IMG/VR virus record: IMGVR_UViG_3300029171_000034
Location: 1 to 30,882 of that record
Reading direction: 5' to 3' (one strand)
Source of the DNA: a virus
Lineage: Duplodnaviria; Caudoviricetes
DNA: 30,882 bases
The notes beneath the pieces were generated by a model. That model saw only the letters and a list, made by a program, of their open reading frames with translations. It was not told the origin of the DNA and did no database searches. The translations under genes and the position numbers were made by a program. Of this stretch, positions 7,374 through 16,214 are shown piece by piece; the stretch's first letter is position 1, and every line of letters begins with the position of its first letter.

Positions 7374-8894
7374 ATGTTATTAGACCAAATCTCATTACAC
7401 GCTTTCATAGCTAATAATCAGATAAGAACTGAAACAGGAGAACTCTTGGACTTTAAAAAGTACAGATTTATGTTTGATGTGTACGCAGATAGGTCAGATT
7501 TAATATGTTGTATGAAGTGCGCCCAAATAGGTTTTACGACTTATCAAATATTAAAAACAGCACATGAATGTAAGTACGACCAACAAGACATAGTGTATGT
7601 GTTCCCAACAGATGCAGATGTTAAGACCTTCTCAGGTGGTAAAACTAACAAGATAATCGCGCAGAACCCAATATTTGCCTCATGGACTAAAGACAAAGAT
7701 TCAGTTGAGCAAAAACAATTCGGTTCTAACACGATATACTACCGTGGTAGCTGGACACAACGAGCAGCCCTATCTTTTACAGCAAAGAAACTGGTAGTTG
7801 ATGAATATGACCGATGTAAACAAGATATTGTTGAACAGTATGACTCACGCCTTCAGTCAGTTGCAGACCCAAAGAAAGCCTTTTTCTCTAACCCGTCAAT
7901 TCCAGACTTCGGTATAGATAAGATATATAAACAATCAGATCAAAAGAAATGGCATATTAATCATTCATGTGGCGAGACATATATCATGGATGAGGGTTGT
8001 ATTAATTACGACAAGGAAATATACGAATGTCCACATTGTAAAGAAGAGATTACTGATGAAGAACGAAGAATGGGTTATTGGAAAGCAACAGCGGAAGGTC
8101 GTTGGTCTGGATATTGGATACCACTTTGGATAGCTCCATGGATGCCAGCTAGCAGAATTGCAGAAGCTAAGAGAACAAAGAGTCCAGAGTTTTTTGCTAA
8201 CTTCGTTGCTGGTTTGCCTTACATTGGTAGTGGGAACAAGGTCACGGCAGATATAATAATCCGTAATTTATCTAGCACTGTTAATTCGCAAGAAGGGCGC
8301 ATTATTATTGGTGCAGACACTGGTCTTCCAAACTGGTATGTCATAGGGAACAAAGAGGGTATATTTTATTATGGACAGACTAAAGACTTTGATACTTTCA
8401 GAGAATACCTGAGAAGGTGGGACCGATGTATAATAGTTTTTGACGGTCAAGGAGAACTGTATGAACAGAGAAAACTACAACAAGAGTTTCCAGGTAGAGT
8501 CTTTCTTTGTTTCTATGGAGTTGACCGAAAGACTAAAGAAATAATCCGATGGGGTGAAAATGCGGAATATGGACGTGTAACTGTTGATAGAAACCGAGCA
8601 TTGCAAATGCTTATTGATGAAATGACAGATAAGCGGATTACATTCAATGGAACAGAGTCAGATTGGCATGAATACATTATCCATTGGTTGAATATATATC
8701 GCGTGTGGGACGAAGATGTTCTCGGAATGCCTACATTCAAATGGGAGGGTAACGACCCAGACCACTTAGTCCATGCCACAAACTATTGGAGGATAGGTAT
8801 GGACAAATTCGGTAAAGAGCAAGGTGGATTTATATCAAACGACAAACACCATTTCCAACAAGGAGTGGAAATGAAACTATCTAACTTCCTATGA
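7374..8894 (+). CDS. terL: Terminase large subunit, gpA-like ATPase plus RNase H-like nuclease
   Basis: KCAQIGFTT (gpA-type Walker A), YVFPT, LVVDEYD (Walker B), SNP coupling motif, CPHC, IIGADTG and PDHLVHA nuclease motifs. Confidence 0.92.
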   Translation: MLLDQISLHAFIANNQIRTETGELLDFKKYRFMFDVYADRSDLICCMKCAQIGFTTYQILKTAHECKYDQQDIVYVFPTDADVKTFSGGKTNKIIAQNPIFASWTKDKDSVEQKQFGSNTIYYRGSWTQRAALSFTAKKLVVDEYDRCKQDIVEQYDSRLQSVADPKKAFFSNPSIPDFGIDKIYKQSDQKKWHINHSCGETYIMDEGCINYDKEIYECPHCKEEITDEERRMGYWKATAEGRWSGYWIPLWIAPWMPASRIAEAKRTKSPEFFANFVAGLPYIGSGNKVTADIIIRNLSSTVNSQEGRIIIGADTGLPNWYVIGNKEGIFYYGQTKDFDTFREYLRRWDRCIIVFDGQGELYEQRKLQQEFPGRVFLCFYGVDRKTKEIIRWGENAEYGRVTVDRNRALQMLIDEMTDKRITFNGTESDWHEYIIHWLNIYRVWDEDVLGMPTFKWEGNDPDHLVHATNYWRIGMDKFGKEQGGFISNDKHHFQQGVEMKLSNFL

Positions 8895-9094
8895 AACAAC
8901 AAGCCGTTTTATTAAATGAAATAGACAGTGCCAAGTTCATGTTGTTCATGGAACATTATGATAATTTCTCACTGTTTCTAGAACGAGGTGTGTTTTCTAT
9001 AAGGAACGGTTCAGCGACCATACATTTTGATAATAATGGTTCGATTTCTTCTATTGACAGAAAAGATATTTTGTATTCGAAACGTCATATTTGA
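8891..9094 (+). CDS. Small DUF2292/YezD-like protein
   Basis: IRNGSATIHFDNNGSISSID resembles the DUF2292 GSVxIxxxxGxVxxI pattern; assignment from memory. Confidence 0.5.
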   Translation: MKQQAVLLNEIDSAKFMLFMEHYDNFSLFLERGVFSIRNGSATIHFDNNGSISSIDRKDILYSKRHI

Positions 9095-9104
9095 CCTAGG
9101 AACA

Positions 9105-9133
9105 TTGCTAATGTAATTTATGTTAAGTATAAT
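9105..9133 (+). promoter_or_regulatory. Sigma70-type promoter for the head/tail operon
   Basis: TTGCTA (9105-9110), 17-bp spacer, TATAAT (9128-9133). Confidence 0.75.
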
Positions 9134-9170
9134 ATGTCTATAGTGCGTTAGTAGTCTATCCCTTAACGAA

Positions 9171-9207
9171 AGGCGGACATTCTCTTCGGAGTTTGTTCGC
9201 TTTTTCT
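9171..9207 (+). terminator. Intrinsic terminator-like hairpin in the portal leader
   Basis: AGGCGGACA-TT-CTC-TTCG-GAG-TT-TGTTCGCTT followed by TTTCT; cUUCGg tetraloop. Confidence 0.7.
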
Positions 9208-9217
9208 ATTATCCAAT

Positions 9218-11068
9218 ATGTCAAATCCCTTAAATTCATTCTATTACAACACAGAAGGCGTAAGGCAGCTTATTTCTAGTGGACTTAACAAAGTAGATGG
9301 CGGCGATGTACCTCCAATTGAGGGACCTGCTACAGAGGAAATGGACGCAATGACGTTAAAAATGTCGGATTCAGAGCTTCTACAGCTCAAGAGTCAATGG
9401 GAACGTGATAGTGAAAACTACCACAATACTGTAAAACAGAGACAAGACACTAACAAGGCATACTACTTAGGAAGACAAAATACTGGACTTGCTGACATAA
9501 AGGGAGTTGCTGATAATATTCTATTTGAGTCCGAAGAAACATTCCTTCCAGCGGCATTATCAAAGAACCCAGAGCCAGTTGTCTATTCTGATAACACAGA
9601 ACAAGGAATTTCTCTTTCAAAAGATATAAAAACAATGTTGCAATATCTTTCTGATATTCTAACTCTCAGACTAAAATTGAAAAGAGTAGTACGACACTGG
9701 TCAATATATTTTACAGGTGTCTTGAAACACTACTGGGACAAAAAGACTGGTGAAATAGGTATTAAAGTCGTTATGCCACAGAACTTACGGTTCGATAAAG
9801 ATGCATTTATAGACGATAATGGTGACTACCACGGAAAGTTTCTTGGAGAAATAAACACTGTAGAAGCGCAAGAACTGATGGAAATGTTTCCAAAGAAAGC
9901 AGACGAAATATCATTTTCTGTAGGAGGCAAACTAGCGACTTCAGTAACCTATAGCGAGTGGTCAACCCCTTTATATTGCTTCTACACATATAAGGATATT
10001 GTACTTGGTAAGTACATGAACCCTAATTGGAACTACGAATCTGAACAACCGACAGGAGAATACATGGAAGAGAAGGAAATATACGAAGTGGTTCCTGGAA
10101 GAAATCACTTTCCATATCCAAAAATACCTTATACGTTCTTTTCTGTATTCAACTTAGGAGAGCACCCACTTGACGATACTACTTTGATTGAGCAGAACAT
10201 TCCGAACCAAGATTTAATTGTGGATAGAAATATACAGATTGCTTACAACTTGCAAAATGCCAATAATGGTCTCGCTGTCTCGGGAGACCATTTCAATAAA
10301 GAAGATGCTAAGGAAGCAAATGATGCTGTACGAAAAGGTAAAGGTATCTTTGTACCAAGTGGTGATGTTACCAAGGCGGTGATGCGACTACAGGCACCTC
10401 AGTTACCAGATGGAGTATTCCAGGAGCTCAACGACAAAAGAAATGAACTTCGTTCCATATTCGGAGTTCAGGGGCTTAGCCCTGCTGGTCAAAGTAAAAC
10501 TGATACGGTACGTGGCAAAATATTAAATCAATCATACGACACTACTCGTATCGGTGGAGGTATTGGTGATGTTGTAGCACAAGTCGCTGACAATGTATTC
10601 AACTGGTGGGTACAAATGATGTATGTCTACTATGACGAAGAGCACATTGGTATGATTCTTGGAGATGCGCGTGCTGTTGAATATGTCACTATGGCTCGTG
10701 AACGATTTGATAGAAAGATAGTGGTGTCTGTAGCTCCAGACTCTATGAAACCAAAGGATGAGGTAAGTCAAATGAATCTAGCAACTGATATGTTCAATAA
10801 TGGTTCTCTTGACCCATTATCCTACTATGAAATGCTGAACATGCCAGATCCTAAAAAACTATTAGAGCGATTGATTCTCTGGAAGACTAATCCTATGGCA
10901 ATGATTGGACAGCAAGACATACAACAATTATCATCTCCCGACCAAGTACAAAGTGGTGTAGAGCAAGATATAGCACCAGCGGATGATACTACAACTGCCG
11001 CCAATCCAGCCTCAGCTAGTCTGAGTCAGGTGCCAATCAATCAGGGAGCGGCCCAACCAAGGATTTAG
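9218..11068 (+). CDS. Portal protein (P22-like podovirus type)
   Basis: 616 aa between terL and scaffold/capsid; helical, NILF..ET.LP...KNPEP.V motif, low-complexity Q/P C-terminus. Confidence 0.85.
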   Translation: MSNPLNSFYYNTEGVRQLISSGLNKVDGGDVPPIEGPATEEMDAMTLKMSDSELLQLKSQWERDSENYHNTVKQRQDTNKAYYLGRQNTGLADIKGVADNILFESEETFLPAALSKNPEPVVYSDNTEQGISLSKDIKTMLQYLSDILTLRLKLKRVVRHWSIYFTGVLKHYWDKKTGEIGIKVVMPQNLRFDKDAFIDDNGDYHGKFLGEINTVEAQELMEMFPKKADEISFSVGGKLATSVTYSEWSTPLYCFYTYKDIVLGKYMNPNWNYESEQPTGEYMEEKEIYEVVPGRNHFPYPKIPYTFFSVFNLGEHPLDDTTLIEQNIPNQDLIVDRNIQIAYNLQNANNGLAVSGDHFNKEDAKEANDAVRKGKGIFVPSGDVTKAVMRLQAPQLPDGVFQELNDKRNELRSIFGVQGLSPAGQSKTDTVRGKILNQSYDTTRIGGGIGDVVAQVADNVFNWWVQMMYVYYDEEHIGMILGDARAVEYVTMARERFDRKIVVSVAPDSMKPKDEVSQMNLATDMFNNGSLDPLSYYEMLNMPDPKKLLERLILWKTNPMAMIGQQDIQQLSSPDQVQSGVEQDIAPADDTTTAANPASASLSQVPINQGAAQPRI

Positions 11069-11094
11069 GATTATCATTAACTTTTAACAAGCTT

Positions 11095-11253
11095 ATGCCA
11101 TTAACTAAAAAAGGAACGAAAATCATTCACGCAATGGAAAAAGAATACGGGAAAGAAAAAGGTGGGGGAATATTTTATGCCTCGCGTAACAAAGGAACCA
11201 TTACTGGGGTTGAGAAAGCTAAATCAAAAGCTCTACATAACAAAATGAAATAG
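11095..11253 (+). CDS. 52-aa basic phage protein (not in ORF track)
   Basis: MPLTKKGTKIIHAMEKEYGKEKGGGIFYASRNKGTITGVEKAKSKALHNKMK; a small-protein type commonly seen in phage head modules. Confidence 0.8.
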   Translation: MPLTKKGTKIIHAMEKEYGKEKGGGIFYASRNKGTITGVEKAKSKALHNKMK

Positions 11254-11315
11254 TTATCTGGGTTTTCACGGAGTGTCATCCCCCGTAAGGAAAAACAACC
11301 GATTAGTAATAATTA

Positions 11316-11356
11316 AGACTTTACCCTCTAATTAAAAAGTCTCTAAAGAATAGAGG
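11316..11356 (+). promoter_or_regulatory. Putative H-type pseudoknot at the scaffold gene initiation region
   Basis: S1 AGACTTT (11316-11322)/AAAGTCT (11336-11342); S2 CCTCTA (11325-11330)/TAGAGG (11351-11356); ATG at 11365. Confidence 0.55.
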
Positions 11357-11364
11357 AGAATACT

Positions 11365-12117
11365 ATGTTAGACATACATAAAATGTTCGCTGAAGACCCT
11401 TCACAAATGCCATTAGGCGATGAAGAACAGGTTGTAATCCCTGCTGACCAGCAAGAAAAAGATGAGGCTCAAGAGGCTGAAAAGCCTAAGAAAAATCATC
11501 AAGACCGTAGATGGGATAAACTTTTCTCAAAACTAGAGGAAACTCAAGAAAAGCTCTCAGAATACGAACGCTTTAAACAGGATGTCGAAAACGGCAGATA
11601 TGCTCCTACAGAAGCTGTACCAGACCATTTTAAAAAGATGTATGAAGACGGACTCACCATGGAAGAACGTTGGAAGGCACAGCAAGACTACGAGTCATCT
11701 CAGAAAGAACGCATCAAGCAAGAAGCAAAGCAGGAGATTCTTAATGAAATAAAAAAAGAGAAACAAGAGCAAGATAGATGGGAAGATTTTATAGATTCTA
11801 ATCTTGAGTCCCTTGAAGAACAGTATGGGATTGATTTCACGAGTGGTTCTGCAAAATCTGAACGACTCAAGAAAGATTTTCTACAAGTTGTTGCTAAATT
11901 ATCTCCCAAAGATGAAAACGGCAATATTACTGCTTACGCCTCTTTTGAAGATTCATTTGACCTTTGGAATCAAACCAAACAGGTTAAAGATACTACTGTA
12001 GTTCAGAAAAAAGATATTGCTTCACTCTCTGCCAACAGAGGTCAAGCACCTCAAATACCAGATACCGATTCAGCAGAAGGAGGTATGTGGGGATGGAAAA
12101 AATATCTTAAAGAATAA
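11365..12117 (+). CDS. Capsid scaffolding protein
   Basis: Acidic N-terminus, charged coiled coil, position between portal and major capsid protein. Confidence 0.75.
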   Translation: MLDIHKMFAEDPSQMPLGDEEQVVIPADQQEKDEAQEAEKPKKNHQDRRWDKLFSKLEETQEKLSEYERFKQDVENGRYAPTEAVPDHFKKMYEDGLTMEERWKAQQDYESSQKERIKQEAKQEILNEIKKEKQEQDRWEDFIDSNLESLEEQYGIDFTSGSAKSERLKKDFLQVVAKLSPKDENGNITAYASFEDSFDLWNQTKQVKDTTVVQKKDIASLSANRGQAPQIPDTDSAEGGMWGWKKYLKE

Positions 12118-12140
12118 TTATTATTTAATCTATTAACAAT

Positions 12141-13202
12141 ATGTACGAACAAAATAATTTCGTAACTACGGCTACAAACCGATGGCTTGTTCCAGAGCTT
12201 GTAGATACCGTACTACGTGGAAATGAATTCTTTGGAGAAGTTTTGGCTGATACTAGAGATTTCTATTCATATGTTATGGAATTCCCGATTAAATTCCAGA
12301 AGGGTGTACCAGGTGTGTTCTTCTCAGGATTTGACGTTCTTCCACAAACATTCCAAAACACTAACGTGAAGATGATGTATTATCCTAAGTTCTTTGCGGT
12401 AAACGTTGCATTGGCTGGTTCTGATTTGTCAGTGAACGACACTAAGATGCAGGTAATGAACCTTGCAACACTTCAGATGTCATCACGAGCACAAGACATG
12501 GCTGATTCAGTAGGAGACTACTTCTATTCAGATGGTTCTGCCTTTGGAGGTAAAGCTTTCAACGGACTTACTAACTTAGTATCTGATGGTACGACTTCAA
12601 ACTCAGCGACTATCGGTGGACTTTCTCGAGCTACTTATCCGACACTACAAGGTACTCTTTCTAACTCAGGAGGTACTCTTACATTGTTGAAAATGCGACA
12701 GACAGCCAACGCTATCTCTGATGGTGGTATCCAACCTAACTATTTGCTTACTGATTACAACACAGCTGCATTAGTAGAACAGCTTTACCTTCCTTTCTTA
12801 CGTTTGAACGCTTCTCTTGCTGGGACTATGTCACATCAAGTATTGAACCGACAGCGTGAAGGGTTGATTGGTGAGTCAGGATACCGAGCACTGGTATGGG
12901 ATGGTATTCCAATTATCCGAGACCGAAAATGTACATCAGGAAACTTATTTTTCTTGAACACCAACTTCTTGAAATTCTATTCACAAAAATGGTACCGAGG
13001 TACACGCGCTTCATTGAAGAGTAAATACATCAAAGGTAACATTTATGAAGAAGGTAAGGATGCAGGTAATGCATTTACATGGACAGATTGGATTCAGGCT
13101 ATCAACATGGGTGCTGTAAATGGATTCATCATCATGGGAGGAGAATTCCTAACTAACGACCCACGACGTCAAGGATTGCTCTACGGTATCACCAATGTTT
13201 AA
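12141..13202 (+). CDS. Major capsid protein (HK97 fold inferred)
   Basis: 353 aa; LVDTV, FNGL..LV, GGLSR.TY, L.WDGIPII.D..C.SG..FFLNT..L, PRRQG.L.GI motifs; synteny. Confidence 0.88.
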   Translation: MYEQNNFVTTATNRWLVPELVDTVLRGNEFFGEVLADTRDFYSYVMEFPIKFQKGVPGVFFSGFDVLPQTFQNTNVKMMYYPKFFAVNVALAGSDLSVNDTKMQVMNLATLQMSSRAQDMADSVGDYFYSDGSAFGGKAFNGLTNLVSDGTTSNSATIGGLSRATYPTLQGTLSNSGGTLTLLKMRQTANAISDGGIQPNYLLTDYNTAALVEQLYLPFLRLNASLAGTMSHQVLNRQREGLIGESGYRALVWDGIPIIRDRKCTSGNLFFLNTNFLKFYSQKWYRGTRASLKSKYIKGNIYEEGKDAGNAFTWTDWIQAINMGAVNGFIIMGGEFLTNDPRRQGLLYGITNV

Positions 13203-13229
13203 TATTATTAGTTTAACCAATATAATAAT

Positions 13230-13691
13230 ATGAGCATTAAAGATACAAATTACAATCCAGCAATAGGTTCCGTAGATGGGGTTTACGAAATCTCTAAGTT
13301 AGACACTACAGGTGCTACTACAAATCAAGTTATCAAATATGACGGTTCTTCTGTCATTTGGGGTGATGAGACTGTATCCCCTGGTGAACTAGCATTGACA
13401 AATGCCCATATCTTGGTAGGAAACGCTTCAAACGTTGCAGCAGATGTTGCTGTGTCGGGAGATGTAACTATTGCCAATACTGGTGCTATTACTATTGCAA
13501 ACTCAGCAATCACTACTGCAAAAATCGCAGCAAATGCTGTTGATGGTACTAAAATCGCTCTCGCCTCACAGGCAGCGGGTGACATCATGTACTACGACGG
13601 TACAGATTGGATTCGACTTGCAAAAGGAACTGCTGGTCAGGTTCTAACTATGAACGCAGGGGCAACTGCTCCAGAATGGCAAACACCCTAA
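13230..13691 (+). CDS. Short head fibre / decoration-type protein
   Basis: Fibre-like modules (GQVIKYDG..W, ITTAKIAANAV, GDIMYYDG..W.RL.KGT.GQVL); follows capsid gene. Confidence 0.6.
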   Translation: MSIKDTNYNPAIGSVDGVYEISKLDTTGATTNQVIKYDGSSVIWGDETVSPGELALTNAHILVGNASNVAADVAVSGDVTIANTGAITIANSAITTAKIAANAVDGTKIALASQAAGDIMYYDGTDWIRLAKGTAGQVLTMNAGATAPEWQTP

Positions 13692-13715
13692 TTATTAGAT
13701 TAATCAAAACTTATT

Positions 13716-14444
13716 ATGCGTATTTCACAATATCCAGCAGTAGGAGGTCTCAACCTATTTCAAACCTCAACTGATACGTCTTTCTTCACAGGAGTTGGAC
13801 AAAAGTTTCAAGTTGATGGAGGTGAATCAGAAGTAGCGTTGGTATATTCAACAACTGGAATCGCAGCAGGACGTCTTGTACAATCCGCTCCTATCATCGC
13901 TAACCACACTAACTGTGCAGTAGTTGGGTCATCAACAGTAAATGCTATTGGTGCAACTTCTATTACTATCACTCTTGGTGCTACAGCGGCTACTGCTCAG
14001 CAGTATGAAGGAGGATATGTGTTTGTTACAGCAGGTCTTGGTGCAGGACAGAAGTTGAAAGTGCAGAATAACCCAGCAGCTAACTCTGGTGCCAATATTG
14101 CTATTGCTCTAGAAGACCCGTTGGCTATTGCACTTGATACTACTTCACGAGTATCATTGACACCTAATCCTTACTACAATGTAATTATTAACCCAGCGAC
14201 ACCAACTAACAAACCAGTAGGAGTAACGTTTTACACATTACCTGCTACAAGTTATGCACTTGTTGGTACTCGAGGTTCATTTGCTTGTTTAAATGATGGT
14301 GGAACAACAATTGGTCTAGCTTTAGCTCCTTCACAATCTGTTGCAGGTGCGGTCAAAACAGGTGCTACAACACTTGATTCAATCGGGCGAGCGCAGTACA
14401 CAGGAGTTACTACAGAAGTGTCAATCGGTAGCTTTGCACTATAG
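13716..14444 (+). CDS. Capsid decoration/cement-like structural protein
   Basis: A/G/T/V-rich beta protein in the post-capsid slot. Confidence 0.6.
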   Translation: MRISQYPAVGGLNLFQTSTDTSFFTGVGQKFQVDGGESEVALVYSTTGIAAGRLVQSAPIIANHTNCAVVGSSTVNAIGATSITITLGATAATAQQYEGGYVFVTAGLGAGQKLKVQNNPAANSGANIAIALEDPLAIALDTTSRVSLTPNPYYNVIINPATPTNKPVGVTFYTLPATSYALVGTRGSFACLNDGGTTIGLALAPSQSVAGAVKTGATTLDSIGRAQYTGVTTEVSIGSFAL

Positions 14445-14449
14445 AGAGA

Positions 14450-14495
14450 TTGTCTCTCTGCGATACCCCTTCTGGGGGTATAGCCAGGGAGATAA
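14450..14495 (+). terminator. Long hairpin after the capsid genes (terminator or processing/stabiliser stem)
   Basis: TTGTCTCTCTG/CAGGGAGATAA outer stem with G-U pairs, ATACCCC/GGGGTAT inner stem; no clean U tract. Confidence 0.55.
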
Positions 14496-14518
14496 CCCTG
14501 TAATTATTCGACAGTAAC

Positions 14519-14545
14519 GTCTTCCAGATAGACATTAAACATCTG
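14519..14545 (+). promoter_or_regulatory. Putative compact H-type pseudoknot upstream of ORF 14553
   Basis: GTCT-TC-CAGAT-AGAC-ATTAAAC-ATCTG: S1 GTCT/AGAC, S2 CAGAT/ATCTG; ATG follows 7 nt later. Confidence 0.45.
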
Positions 14546-14552
14546 AGTAACT

Positions 14553-14972
14553 ATGGAAAATATTGAGAATGGACAATTATTGAGTAATTTACTTTACATT
14601 ACTAACTGGACTAAAGAAGACTTCACAGCTAAATGGAATGGAAACGATTATATTCTTTTAGCAGAAAAGATGACACCTGTAGTAGTATCTACTCCAGAAG
14701 AGAACCAGGAGATACGGAAACTCTGGGCACTCAAACTTTGCGAACGGGAGCTAAACAAAGATAAACGGTTTAATTTACAAATGTGGACTGATAATGATCT
14801 AGCTCCACTCATGGAAAAATGCCTTTCACCTTTTGAAAAGGCAGAACCAATTATGAAGAAGGGAGTCAAATCTCCTAAAGAAATCGAACGTATTCAAAAA
14901 ATCGAGGGAACCTTTACAGACGCAAATACGGTTAAGGGAGTTATCGACAATTCTTCCGTAGTATCTATCTAG
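14553..14972 (+). CDS. Hypothetical protein
   Basis: Clear ORF in structural operon. Confidence 0.75.
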   Translation: MENIENGQLLSNLLYITNWTKEDFTAKWNGNDYILLAEKMTPVVVSTPEENQEIRKLWALKLCERELNKDKRFNLQMWTDNDLAPLMEKCLSPFEKAEPIMKKGVKSPKEIERIQKIEGTFTDANTVKGVIDNSSVVSI

Positions 14973-14976
14973 TTAT

Positions 14977-15672
14977 ATGAAGCTACTAACTAAACGTGAG
15001 GTAGCCGATAGAAAAAACGAAGAAACAAGGAAGGAGGCTGAACAAGGTTCGTTCCTGGCAGCGAAAATAGATCAGCTCAGAAAAACATCGGTTGAGGAAG
15101 AAAACAAATTATCTGCCTCAAGAAAGTTAATGCTGGAAGTGATTAAAGAAGATATTACAGAATTAGAGACGAAAAAAACACTGTTAATTTCTGAAATAGA
15201 TTCCTTAAAGAATCAGCGTGTTGAGCTTTTGAAACCTTTAGATAAAGAATGGGCTAATGTGAACTCAGAAAAGTCTGTACTCAAAATTGAGTGGAACAAG
15301 ATAGAAGAGTCACGTTCAGAAAACCACAAGCTCGCTAATCAGTTACAAGACCAAATTGACATGGCCGACAATTATCTAATCCAGGCAGAAGAGTACAAAG
15401 AAAAAACTAGAAAGTTGTCCAACAATAGAGAATTACAAATGGCTCAGGTCGCTAGACTTACTGAGAAATTGAAGTCCGATATAGAAAACTTCGTAACTAT
15501 CAGTAATAAAAAGGAAGAATTATTAAATAACAAAGAACTCCGAATCGAAATAAGAGAAAAAGAGTTAGATATAAAACTCCAAAACCTCAAAAAACGAGAG
15601 AGTGAGTTAAAAGAACAATATGTCCGTAATAGACGACAACAGCAGGGGGGTAGGACGGACAGTTCAAACTGA
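14977..15672 (+). CDS. Long coiled-coil protein
   Basis: E/K/L-rich heptad pattern throughout. Confidence 0.75.
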   Translation: MKLLTKREVADRKNEETRKEAEQGSFLAAKIDQLRKTSVEEENKLSASRKLMLEVIKEDITELETKKTLLISEIDSLKNQRVELLKPLDKEWANVNSEKSVLKIEWNKIEESRSENHKLANQLQDQIDMADNYLIQAEEYKEKTRKLSNNRELQMAQVARLTEKLKSDIENFVTISNKKEELLNNKELRIEIREKELDIKLQNLKKRESELKEQYVRNRRQQQGGRTDSSN

Positions 15673-15895
15673 TAATCCAACAAATCCTATTTCACTTGCC
15701 ATAAACCCTGTAACAAAGAAACTTCGTATAGAGATTGTTCCTAGAAGTCTCAGTGCTGCTATTATCCCAAACAGAATGCCAGTAGATGCTAATAGTTACA
15801 ATGTGGCAGGAACGCTAGATGAAGACGGAGTTTTAACACCATTATCAGTAGATTTAGTACAAGACACCCCACTCTTACGAGTTGAAATTATATGA
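15620..15895 (+). CDS. Small virion protein made of two DxNS modules
   Basis: IDDNSR...NPVTKKLRIEIV and VDANSY...TPLLRVEII; similar to the N-terminus of ORF 21591. Confidence 0.7.
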   Translation: MSVIDDNSRGVGRTVQTDNPTNPISLAINPVTKKLRIEIVPRSLSAAIIPNRMPVDANSYNVAGTLDEDGVLTPLSVDLVQDTPLLRVEII

Positions 15896-16209
15896 TTGAT
15901 TCACTAATAAAAGATGCGAATGGAATTTCTGTACAAATAGGAAGTTCAATAAAAACAACCGATGACTCTGTCGTCGTTAAAGAATCGCCCTTTACTCTAA
16001 CAGGTGGGGTCGATGCTATTTCAGTGCCAGAAAATGCAGTTGAATTTATTGTAAATCCAGCGGCATCGTTAAAGGTCTCAGAAGACGCAACAATGAGCAC
16101 TTATGATGTTGTTGCAGCTAATACAAAAGAATCCATCCCTTGTTCAAGAATGGACATTATCTATGTCGAAGGTTCTGGTACACTTAATTTCCGATTTACA
16201 ATCGTGTAA
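15892..16209 (+). CDS. Small beta-rich structural protein
   Basis: ATGA overlap; beta-sandwich-like composition. Confidence 0.7.
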   Translation: MIDSLIKDANGISVQIGSSIKTTDDSVVVKESPFTLTGGVDAISVPENAVEFIVNPAASLKVSEDATMSTYDVVAANTKESIPCSRMDIIYVEGSGTLNFRFTIV

Positions 16210-16214
16210 CTGTT

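Noticed and set aside
13190-13232. Programmed frameshift or readthrough extending the capsid protein
   Set aside because: No slippery heptamer before the TAA, and the next gene has its own T-ATG start.
3717-14972. Stop-codon reassignment (code 15 or 25)
   Set aside because: Long genes are intact in code 11, and both TAG and TGA end genes at sensible boundaries.
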